Source of the DNA: Bacteroidota bacterium
GTDB lineage: Bacteria > Bacteroidota > Bacteroidia > AKYH767-A > OLB10
Length of the DNA: 64,000 nucleotides
NCBI GenBank assembly: GCA_031421935.1
Contig: JANOPQ010000262.1
Span: 12,649-76,648, forward strand
Reading direction: 5' to 3'
Shown here one piece after another: positions 48,701 through 56,288 of this stretch. The position numbers were made by a program, and so were the translations under genes. A model generated the notes under the pieces. That model was not told the DNA's origin. It did not search any database and saw only the letters and a list, made by a program, of their open reading frames with translations. How positions within the stretch are numbered: position 1 is the stretch's first letter; every line of letters starts with the position of its first letter.

Positions 48701-49498
48701 ACTTTCAAAAATTTCTTTTGGCCACTGTGTCCATGACATCATGATCCTAAATCCAACAATAAATAAAAGCAAAATTATTCCAGGTGCCGATCTTTTATTA
48801 CCAAGTCGGCGCAATGCATCAAAAGCAAGTAGACTTAAAAAGAGTATGCATAATCCATACAACATCGAAATATAAAAGGGACAATCGTTATTTTCATTAC
48901 TGTCAGTAAATAGAAGTCTGAACAATTCTTTTTGCTCTGGACCCTTGAAACTAAATCCTTGTGTAGTAGTATCTAGACTTAAATTTACATCTTTATATAA
49001 AGAAAGCGCAGGATGAAAAGCATTGTCGAGGTATTTATTTTGCAACGCATATTGATGCTTTATCAGCAAAAGAGCAATTAATTTTCGGTTGGCAACCGTT
49101 TTACTTTTGAAATAGTAAAATCCATTTCCTAAAAGATAAACACGCCCATCTTCATAATTAGTAATATTAAAAGTATCTAGCAATGCTTTATTGTCGGACC
49201 AATATTTTAATCTCCCACTTTCAAAAACCAAGACGCAAGTGTTTTCGGTAAGTTTAAGATGTTGCAAAGCATTGGAAAAAGATCTTTCATTAAAGCGGAG
49301 GCCTTCGAGTTTTGGGGCAAGAGCATTTAAGTTCATTTCAAGACCTTTTGCAAGGGAAGAAAAACTCGTTTCAGCGATACTGACCAATTCTTTATGCTGA
49401 ACCGCTCGATATTCCTGCCACCACTGAATAGATAGTCCTGATACCAAGCTCAGAAGAGCTAAAAGGCTAATTACGAGGACTCGACGAGGGTATGCCAT
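45791..49498 (-). CDS. Large multi-pass sensor histidine kinase (HAMP + HisKA + HATPase_c)
   Basis: 1,235 aa with an N-terminal TM helix, an extracytoplasmic domain, a block of about 8 TM helices, further loop domains, then a HAMP domain. The H-box is AHEIKNPLTPM, the N-box NLIKNAIQS, and the G-boxes DNGMGIP and GAGLGLAMV. Confidence 0.9.
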   Translation of the reverse strand: MAYPRRVLVISLLALLSLVSGLSIQWWQEYRAVQHKELVSIAETSFSSLAKGLEMNLNALAPKLEGLRFNERSFSNALQHLKLTENTCVLVFESGRLKYWSDNKALLDTFNITNYEDGRVYLLGNGFYYFKSKTVANRKLIALLLIKHQYALQNKYLDNAFHPALSLYKDVNLSLDTTTQGFSFKGPEQKELFRLLFTDSNENNDCPFYISMLYGLCILFLSLLAFDALRRLGNKRSAPGIILLLFIVGFRIMMSWTQWPKEIFESELFSSKYYASGFLFNSLGDLLLTVVTLAYIFIFAYTWLIQSRKVASNFKSKMLIVLIFFFTFIFSVLINYLLSGLIINSQISFDINNIFQLTIFTGVGMIVIGILLSTFYLLCDGSVLIIRKTKLSLSSVAILFLVSQGLFLASLLLLRNNNLFTDYGVSAFLLTNILIIFIGYIRSTEMRLFSFSRTVLVILVFSVYTAQIIYSFNETREKEKRQLLAAKLENEQDIVAEFLLQQIETRIRNDRELIRMLTLPPQVIFNSPEIFENLSRHLTKQYFNGYLGRYEASFKFFNAQDLPLNRAGDPSWNIDKIKRINLTEGRPTASPHFAYFRDENGRAQYIGIIHPGGNDSPVGTLIVELNARSTQEEIGLPELLLSNKVGNSRDINKYAYARYQSGKLVSQSGEYNYYLTDAPYMQYFRNLDGMRFVSFEGKQHLFYKYGKNLIIISSPLQGLWVWVTLFSYLFTFFSFSFLVLSIAIRFLRQGFDLQFNFNSRIQLTITMIVAGTLLLIGAATVTYIVKNYEEAQTNRIREKLHNLRVLVESEIGNRELMGNMLNDDLQYLFTRLANTLKTDFNFYSNDGRLYYSSQRSIYDQNIMAPLMNRTALISLTTNQKALFIQSENISNLKYTAAYEQVSNINSKQIGFISIPYFDRDTELKRDISGFLVALINLYVLLFSLSILIAFFISNRITQPLRIIQESLSKTKLGTVSEPIIWKTKDEIGALIDEYNRMLEQIQKSAQLLAKSERESAWREMAKQVAHEIKNPLTPMKLGVQHLMRAIDDNHPNKDELVRKISVTMIEQIDTLSNIATEFSHFAKLPKPEYTIVELISVINHSCDLYNEDEHAKIVFETSSETLEVLADKDQLIRIFGNLIKNAIQSIPYDREGKIIISLQQETDAVIICVQDNGMGIPQDRLNKIFVPNFTTKSSGAGLGLAMVKEMVVGMGGQVWFETKQNVGTSFYLKLQLGKK

Positions 49499-49607
49499 CT
49501 TTACGAAAGTAGCGGTTGAACTCTATGTTTTCCGTACTAAAGAGATATTTTATTAACGATAGAATGTTTGATAGCGAGGTTTCGCTCTGTATTTCACTTG
49601 CTTGTTT

Positions 49608-49615
49608 TAACTTTG
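49608..49615 (+). promoter_or_regulatory. Candidate -7 box TAACTTTG, 4 nt upstream of the ATG at 49620 (leaderless geometry)
   Basis: Perfect TAnnTTTG match read directly from the sequence. Confidence 0.4.
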
Positions 49616-49619
49616 TTTC

Positions 49620-50126
49620 ATGACAAATGTGATAATTAATGGTTCTGCCGACTTAAAGGTAGAACAAAATGGTACGGATTTATTAGTCAACGGAACTAAA
49701 AAAGTTTTTGATTTAAAGAAGTTGCATCCAGGATCCTACCATCTTTTAAGTAATGGAATTTCGTATAATGTGGAAGTGATTAGTTCTAATTCTAAAGAGA
49801 AAAAACATATTATTCGATTAAATGGAAAAGTGCTCAACATCCAAATGCGTGATCGTTACGATGATTTGTTGAAAGAATTAGGTATGGACGCTTCCTCTGC
49901 TCTGCGAGTAGGTGACTTAAAAGCACCAATGCCCGGATTGGTGGTGAATATTCCTGTGAAAGAAGGGGATCTAGTTAAAAAAGGCGATACCTTAGTCATT
50001 CTGGAAGCCATGAAAATGGAGAACGCACTAAAGGCAACCGTTGATGCAACCGTTAAAAAGGTGGCTGTTACAAAAGGTAAAGTGGTGGATAAAAATGAAG
50101 TGCTTATTTATTTAAGTGAACAATAA
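49620..50126 (+). CDS. Biotin/lipoyl-attachment-domain protein (biotin carboxyl carrier-like subunit)
   Basis: The C-terminal LVILEAMKMENALKA contains the AMKM biotinylation motif. No carboxylase or decarboxylase partner gene is present in the window. Confidence 0.8.
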   Translation: MTNVIINGSADLKVEQNGTDLLVNGTKKVFDLKKLHPGSYHLLSNGISYNVEVISSNSKEKKHIIRLNGKVLNIQMRDRYDDLLKELGMDASSALRVGDLKAPMPGLVVNIPVKEGDLVKKGDTLVILEAMKMENALKATVDATVKKVAVTKGKVVDKNEVLIYLSEQ

Positions 50127-50141
50127 ATTAAAACTAAAAAT

Positions 50142-50849
50142 ATGGAAAATTCATTTTCGCGACGCGAATTCATCAAAGTAAGCGCACTAACTACAGCAGG
50201 TGTTGTGGCTGCAAACTCAGGAATATTTGCCACTCCGCATGGAGATCCTAATTTCAAATTGCCAGCCATTCCTTATGATCTTAAATCATTGGAGCCACAT
50301 ATTGATGCCTTAACCATGGAGATTCATTATACGAAGCATCATCAAGCATATGTCGATAATTTAAATAAGCTCTGCTCCGACATGCATATTCATGATCCGA
50401 ATTTGGAGAATATTTTAAGAATGGTATCAAAGTTTCCACCAGGAGTTCGTAATAATGCAGGTGGTCATTGGAACCATTCTATGTTTTGGACCATCATGAA
50501 GCCTAACGGTGGTGGCGTACCGAAAGGGAAGTTATTGGAAGCAATTAATACTTCATTTGAAAGTTTTGAAAAATTTAAGGAACTATTTGCCAATGAAGCG
50601 AAAAATCGTTTCGGCAGTGGATGGGCTTGGTTAATCAAAAATACCGAAGGTAAATTGCAAATTTGTTCGACTCCAAATCAAGATAATCCATTGATGGATC
50701 TAGCTGATGTGAAAGGTACACCGATCCTTTGTTTGGATGTATGGGAACATGCCTATTATTTAAAGTACCAAAACAAACGTCTCGATTATATTAATGCTTG
50801 GTGGAATGTGGTGAATTGGGATGTGGTGATGGGACGAATGATGATGTAG
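50142..50849 (+). CDS. Fe/Mn superoxide dismutase with an N-terminal twin-arginine (Tat) signal peptide
   Basis: FSRREFIKVSALTTAGVVAA is a Tat motif. SOD motifs are IHYTKHHQAYV and DVWEHAYYLKYQN. Confidence 0.9.
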   Translation: MENSFSRREFIKVSALTTAGVVAANSGIFATPHGDPNFKLPAIPYDLKSLEPHIDALTMEIHYTKHHQAYVDNLNKLCSDMHIHDPNLENILRMVSKFPPGVRNNAGGHWNHSMFWTIMKPNGGGVPKGKLLEAINTSFESFEKFKELFANEAKNRFGSGWAWLIKNTEGKLQICSTPNQDNPLMDLADVKGTPILCLDVWEHAYYLKYQNKRLDYINAWWNVVNWDVVMGRMMM

Positions 50850-50890
50850 TAATTGTTTAAATTCAATAACACAAAAATTCCAAGGTTTAA

Positions 50891-50930
50891 AACAACAAAG
50901 CCTAAGGTTTCAACCTTAGGCTTTGTTGTT
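50891..50930. terminator. Bidirectional terminator hairpin between convergent SOD and OmpA-like genes
   Basis: AACAACAAAGCCTAAGGTT (50891-50909) and AACCTTAGGCTTTGTTGTT (50912-50930) form a perfect 19-bp inverted repeat. T-rich sequence follows. Confidence 0.7.
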
Positions 50931-50955
50931 ATTTGTTATTGATATTTTATTTTTT

Positions 50956-51795
50956 TTATTTCGGTTCTAACATTTTGAAAAACTGATCCAATTGTGGTAA
51001 AATCACAATGCGTGTTCTGCGGTTTAATGAGCGACCATTTGTGTCAGCATTACTAGTCACAGGAACATATTCACTGCGACCTGCTGCAATCATTCTAGAT
51101 GGATCAACACCATAATTTTTCTGAAGTACACGAACCACAGATGTAGCACGCATCACACTTAAATCCCAGTTGTCTTTAATAGTACCTGCTGAGATGGCTT
51201 TGTTATCCGTATGTCCTTCTACCATAAACTGTACTTCCGGTTGCGCCTTAATTACTTCAGCCACTTTGCCAAGAACAGTTTTAGCACGCGCAGTGATATT
51301 ATAACTTCCACTGCTAAATAACATTTTATCAGAGATACTGATGAATACTGCACTTCCTTCAACATTGATGGTTACATCTTCATCATTTATATCTTTCAAT
51401 GCTCCTTTTAGATTTAATACTAAAGCCATATTTAAAGAATCTTTATGTGCCATGGCGGTCTGCAAATCTTTGATGTAAGAATCTTTGGAATTAATATTCT
51501 CTAAAGATTTACGGATGCTCTCAGATTGTGTAGAGTTTATCACCGACATATTGCTCAATTGCTGTAACATGGTCGTGCTGTTGGCTTTTAAGTCAGCAAG
51601 CTCTTGAGCTAAACGAACGTTCTCGGCAGAAGATCTTCCGCTTTCATCTAAACATTTCTGAAGATTACTTTCAATGACTCCACAATCTTTCTTTAAAGTC
51701 TCGTACATGGCACTTTGCTTGTTGTACTTTTTTCGGCTCACGCAACCTGTCGTCACGATGCTGATGGCTAGAATAGCTACTAAAATTTTATTCAT
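50956..51795 (-). CDS. OmpA/MotB-domain lipoprotein with an N-terminal coiled coil
   Basis: Lipobox (IVTTGCVS) and a C-terminal OmpA-like domain (VEGHTDNKAI...WDLSVMRATSVVRVL...NRRTRIVILP). Confidence 0.85.
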   Translation of the reverse strand: MNKILVAILAISIVTTGCVSRKKYNKQSAMYETLKKDCGVIESNLQKCLDESGRSSAENVRLAQELADLKANSTTMLQQLSNMSVINSTQSESIRKSLENINSKDSYIKDLQTAMAHKDSLNMALVLNLKGALKDINDEDVTINVEGSAVFISISDKMLFSSGSYNITARAKTVLGKVAEVIKAQPEVQFMVEGHTDNKAISAGTIKDNWDLSVMRATSVVRVLQKNYGVDPSRMIAAGRSEYVPVTSNADTNGRSLNRRTRIVILPQLDQFFKMLEPK

Positions 51796-52272
51796 TGTTT
51801 TATTTTTTAATTGATATTATTTCGTTCTGCAAAATTACGCTTATCCTTTTTATAAAAATTGATCTATATCATAATGTATTTACATTTGATTGTTGGTTCT
51901 TTGTATTCACTTGACACTCACTTAAAAACAGAGTATTTAACCGCAAATTAAGTATTTTCAAATATTCGATATCAAATAATGTATTTCTATTGGATTCCTA
52001 TTTTCGATTTAACAATTATTGGTATCAGTCGCATAAAATGACTGAAAACTCCATAAAATATCATCTCACTAATGATGTAGATTAAAAGAGGCTGATTTAA
52101 TCTTGACAAAAGGGATTGTTTTAGGAAGCCTTTAATCAATATTTTACAATGATAAGAGCATCATATAATGGTTAGATATAAAGGTCTAAAATCAAATATG
52201 GGGTGTGTGTACAATTTGAATTTTGCACTTTAGGTCATATTAAATTTATTTTATCTTCACCCTCATCTATCT

Positions 52273-53715
52273 ATGGTCAACCACTCTAACTCCCGCACCT
52301 CGATCCCCATTCTAATCTCCGTATTCTTTTTTTGGGGCTTCGTTGCAGCCAGCAATGACATTCTTATTCCTGTTTTCAAAGAAAAATTAAATCTGGAGCA
52401 ATGGCAAAGTCAAATGATTTCATTCGCATTTTATGTAGCCTATACGATTGGATCACTTATTTATTATTTTGCATCGAAAGCAAGTGGTGGGGATATTTTA
52501 AATAGAATAGGATATAAAAATGGAATTGCTCTTGGACTTGTCATTTCAGCATTAGGGACTTTATTGTTTTTTCCGGCTGCAGATTCTGCTTCATTTGGGT
52601 TGATGATTTCCGGACTTTTTATCGTTGGACTTGGGTTTTCATTGCAACAAACAGCTGCTAATCCACTAGCCATCACCATTGGGAATCCGAAAAAAGGCGC
52701 ACAACGTTTAAGTTTAGCTGGAGGAATTAATAATATTGGAACTACCATCGGACCTCTTATCGTGAGTTTCGCCATTTTTGGTTCGCTAAAGGCAGGCGAA
52801 CATTTGGATTCGCTTTCTGCAGTGAAAACTCCTTATTTAATTTTAGGGGTGGCTTTTGTTGTGGTTGCAATCATCTTCAAATTTTCTTCTTTACCTAATC
52901 AAATTCATCATGAAGATAATGTTGCGGAATCCGCTTCGTCAAGCAAGGTATCTTATAAATCTGCACTTTCTTATCCGCAATTGTGGATGGGAATGATAGC
53001 CATTTTTTTATATGTTGGTGTTGAAGTTTCAACAGCATCTAATCTTCCGGAGTTTATGCGCGTTCACCTGCAAACACCCACAAGTGAAATTGCACCTTAC
53101 GTTTCTTTGTTCTGGGCGAGTTTGATGATTGGTCGTTGGACAGGTGCAGTAGGCGCCTTTGATTTAAAACGAAATGTAAGAACATTTTTGAATTTTATTT
53201 TACCGTATGCTGCATTCGGTGTTTTCTTATTCGCGAATCGTATTGCGAATAATGATCTGACTCCGTTTTATGTTTATGCATTTGTAATTATTCTGATCAT
53301 CATTGCTGATATTCTGAGTAAAGGAAATCCAGCACGACAACTATTACTTTTCTCCTGCTGTGGAATTGCAGCGTTGTTAGTTGGTATTTGTGCCGATGGG
53401 TTGATCAGCGTGTATGCATTCATCAGCGTTGGTTTGTTTTGTTCAACATTATGGCCCTGTATTTTCACGCTTGCTATTGCAGGATTGGGAAAGCATACAA
53501 ACGAAGGTTCAAGCTTTTTGATTATGATGATTATGGGTGGAGGATTTGTAAGTCTACTGCAAGGCTGGCTCGCTTCCGATCATCTACTCGGTATTCAAGC
53601 AAGTTATGTAGTCGGTATTCTTTGCTTTTTGTATTTAGCGTACTATGGGTGGAAAGTGAAAAACATATTGGCAACACAGGGAATTCATTATGACAAAAAA
53701 ATAACTTCTCATTGA
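52273..53715 (+). CDS. MFS sugar:H+ symporter of the FucP / glucose-galactose (GluP/NagP) family
   Basis: 480 aa, 12 TM. The N-terminal FFFWGFVAASNDILIPVFKEKLNL is typical of the FucP family. Confidence 0.85.
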   Translation: MVNHSNSRTSIPILISVFFFWGFVAASNDILIPVFKEKLNLEQWQSQMISFAFYVAYTIGSLIYYFASKASGGDILNRIGYKNGIALGLVISALGTLLFFPAADSASFGLMISGLFIVGLGFSLQQTAANPLAITIGNPKKGAQRLSLAGGINNIGTTIGPLIVSFAIFGSLKAGEHLDSLSAVKTPYLILGVAFVVVAIIFKFSSLPNQIHHEDNVAESASSSKVSYKSALSYPQLWMGMIAIFLYVGVEVSTASNLPEFMRVHLQTPTSEIAPYVSLFWASLMIGRWTGAVGAFDLKRNVRTFLNFILPYAAFGVFLFANRIANNDLTPFYVYAFVIILIIIADILSKGNPARQLLLFSCCGIAALLVGICADGLISVYAFISVGLFCSTLWPCIFTLAIAGLGKHTNEGSSFLIMMIMGGGFVSLLQGWLASDHLLGIQASYVVGILCFLYLAYYGWKVKNILATQGIHYDKKITSH

Positions 53716-53803
53716 TACAAAGATCATGAGTAAGTAAATGCTATATGATGAAATAAAGATGTTGTCTGTAATGTTAGATGGACTTATTAAAGCACCTAGA
53801 AAA

Positions 53804-56038
53804 ATGAAGATTAAAATAATAAATTCGCTCGTCCTAATTTTATTTTTTTCTTCACATGCTTTTTCTCAGAAAGGGTCTTTAATTCCACTCCCCAATAAAA
53901 TTTCTTCCGTTCCTGGAAAGTTTACCATTTCTCCTGCGACAAAAATTTTAGCAAATGGTGACGTGGCCATACAAGCAGCTGAACTTTTTAATTCATGGTT
54001 GAAGCAAACAAACGGATATGCATTGCCGATAGTTTCTACAGTTTTAAGGAAAGATCGATATATCGCATTTTCAATGGTGAACGACACTTCAGAAAAGTAT
54101 ATGTTGAAAGTGAAACGAAAGTATATGCTTTTAGAAGGGGGTGCAGCTGGACTTATAAGAGGCACTAGCACTTTGTTGCAGTTGGCTTTTCAGTCACTTG
54201 AAACTAAAAATAAAATTCCTTGTTTAACTATTTATGATCAACCGAAATTTGGTTATCGTGGTGTGCATTTAGATGTATCTCGACATTTTTTATCGAAGGA
54301 GTTTGTGAAAAGATACATTGATCTACTTGCTCTTTATAAGATGAATACTTTTCATTGGCATCTTACCGATGATCAAGGATGGAGAATTGAAATTCTTAAG
54401 TATCCCCGTCTCACCGATGTAGGCTCATGGAGAAGTGGAAGTATGATTGGTCCCTACCGAAATCAACAATTCGATTCTATTCCATACGGTGGATTCTACA
54501 CGCAGAATGATATTCGTGAGGTGGTGTTTTATGCATCGCAACGTCAAATCACAATCATTCCCGAAATTGAAATGCCTGGCCATTCTCTTGCCGCTTTAGC
54601 TGCGTACCCCGAATATTCTTGTTTGGGCACTGTGAAGGAAGTTGGAAGAGCCTGGGGAGGATTTGATGATGTGTTTTGCGTGAATGATTCTACTTTCTCT
54701 TTTTTGGAAGATGTTCTTTCCGAAGTCATCGAATTGTTTCCTTCAAAATATATTCATATTGGAGGTGATGAATGTCCGAAATTAAGATGGAGCCAATGTC
54801 CAAAATGTTTAAATACTCGCTTTGAAAAGAATTTGAATAACGAAGATGAGTTGCAAAGTTATTTCATTCAGCGTATAGAAAAATTTCTAAATAGTAAAGG
54901 CCGGCAAATTATTGGATGGGATGAAATTTTAGAAGGAGGACTCGCTCCAAACGCCACCGTTATGAGTTGGAGAGGAATTGATGGTGGAAAAACAGCAGCG
55001 CGATCTGGTCATAACGCAATTATGACGCCCGGCACCCATTGTTATTTCGATCATTATCAAGGGGAGAGAGCAACAGAGCCTTTAGCATTCGGAGGATATA
55101 CCACATTGGAAAAAGTTTATTCTTATCGGCCCATTCCCGATTCGTTAACGAAAGATGAACAGAAATTTATTTTAGGGGCCCAAGCAAATTTATGGACCGA
55201 ATATATGTATGATGAAAAGCAAGTGGAGTACATGCTCTTTCCAAGATTGTGCGCACTCACGGAAGTGTTGTGGACCGATACTGTGTGGCATAATGAAAAA
55301 AGTTTTTATAAACGCATTTTGCAAAATCAACATTTGCTAGATTCTTTTCATGTGAACTATTCGAATACATGGCATTTACCTTCTTTAAAAATTAGTGGAG
55401 GAGAAAAAGTTCCTTCTTTGCTTTTATCCTTAGACTCAAAAGTTCCGCAGAGCATACAAACGGCATGGGAAGATGACAACGGAGTTTCCGAATTCACAAC
55501 GTATCGTAATCCGAAAACAGTAAGTTCCACAGGAAAATTATTAGTTCGTAGCAACTACAATCAGCATCAAACAACAGTAAAATTTCCGTTTGAATTTTCA
55601 AAAGTTACTGGAGCTAAAATAAATCTCATTACCCCAGGTAATAAAAGTTATGCGAATCCGCCCATCACTTTGGTAGATGGAATTACGGGCGCTTTCCCGT
55701 GGACAGGCAAACATTGGATTGGATGGATTGGGAAAAGTCCGGAATTACAGATAGACTTTACCACCCTACAAAAAGTGGATAGCATTGTCATTGTTTATTT
55801 ACACGATCCTGTAAGTTGGATTCATGCTCCCGCAAGTATAAGTTATGGAGAAACTGAATTGCAGTTTGAATCTCAAAAAACAACAACAGCTGAAGCCATT
55901 AATCGTATTTCAATTCCTGTAGATAAGGAAATGAAAAATATTCACCTCCGCTTCAATTCCATCGGCCTAAATCCCGAAGGCACCGCTGGCGCAGGACAAA
56001 ATGGATGGCTTTTTGTTTCAGAGATATTAGTGTACTGA
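53804..56038 (+). CDS. GH20 beta-N-acetylhexosaminidase with a C-terminal discoidin-like (F5/8 type C-like) module
   Basis: Starting at the ATG at 53804 gives the signal peptide MKIKIINSLVLILFFSSHAFSQ. The catalytic region reads RGVHLDVSRHF...NTFHWHLTDDQGWR...HIGGDE. Confidence 0.9.
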   Translation: MKIKIINSLVLILFFSSHAFSQKGSLIPLPNKISSVPGKFTISPATKILANGDVAIQAAELFNSWLKQTNGYALPIVSTVLRKDRYIAFSMVNDTSEKYMLKVKRKYMLLEGGAAGLIRGTSTLLQLAFQSLETKNKIPCLTIYDQPKFGYRGVHLDVSRHFLSKEFVKRYIDLLALYKMNTFHWHLTDDQGWRIEILKYPRLTDVGSWRSGSMIGPYRNQQFDSIPYGGFYTQNDIREVVFYASQRQITIIPEIEMPGHSLAALAAYPEYSCLGTVKEVGRAWGGFDDVFCVNDSTFSFLEDVLSEVIELFPSKYIHIGGDECPKLRWSQCPKCLNTRFEKNLNNEDELQSYFIQRIEKFLNSKGRQIIGWDEILEGGLAPNATVMSWRGIDGGKTAARSGHNAIMTPGTHCYFDHYQGERATEPLAFGGYTTLEKVYSYRPIPDSLTKDEQKFILGAQANLWTEYMYDEKQVEYMLFPRLCALTEVLWTDTVWHNEKSFYKRILQNQHLLDSFHVNYSNTWHLPSLKISGGEKVPSLLLSLDSKVPQSIQTAWEDDNGVSEFTTYRNPKTVSSTGKLLVRSNYNQHQTTVKFPFEFSKVTGAKINLITPGNKSYANPPITLVDGITGAFPWTGKHWIGWIGKSPELQIDFTTLQKVDSIVIVYLHDPVSWIHAPASISYGETELQFESQKTTTAEAINRISIPVDKEMKNIHLRFNSIGLNPEGTAGAGQNGWLFVSEILVY

Positions 56039-56042
56039 TAAA

Positions 56043-56098
56043 TTGGCAAGTTGGTGAGTTGGTGGATTGGTGAATGGGTGAATGGGTGAATGGGCAAT
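56043..56098. repeat. 8-nt microsatellite, 7 units (TTGGCAAG TTGGTGAG TTGGTGGA TTGGTGAA TGGGTGAA TGGGTGAA TGGGCAAT)
   Basis: Read directly from the sequence. A period of 8 is not a multiple of 3, so it is non-coding. It generates the spurious antisense PIHPFTHSPIHQ ORFs in the track. Confidence 0.8.
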
Positions 56099-56163
56099 CG
56101 CAACGCTTCGCGATGAAAGCTTGGCAAATTATCGCCGCACCGCTGCTTGCCATTGCTAACGTT

Positions 56164-56187
56164 GCGCCTGCCTGCTGCAGGCAGGTT
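56164..56187. repeat. GC-rich palindromic element, short form (GCGCCTGCCTGCTGCAGGCAGGTT)
   Basis: The stem CCTGCCT/AGGCAGG is followed by TTT. It matches the copy at 62903-62926 at 22/24 positions and could double as a terminator for the GH20 gene. Confidence 0.65.
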
Positions 56188-56277
56188 TAAATCCTGAAAA
56201 TTTTATTAAATCTAGATTTTCATAGAGCTGAAGTTTTTATATGTTAGAGTAAATTAATTATTTCCTCAAATACATTA

Positions 56278-56285
56278 TATATTTG
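56278..56285 (+). promoter_or_regulatory. Candidate -7 box TATATTTG, 3 nt upstream of the GH2 ATG (leaderless geometry)
   Basis: Perfect TAnnTTTG match read directly from the sequence. Confidence 0.4.
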
Positions 56286-56288
56286 TAA

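Noticed and set aside
55942-56153. Two overlapping minus-strand ORFs (61 and 66 aa) with PIHPFTHSPIHQ-like repeats
   Set aside because: They are translations of the 8-nt microsatellite and the GC palindrome in the GH20-GH2 spacer. They overlap the GH20 3' end, and the 8-nt period is incompatible with selection for coding.
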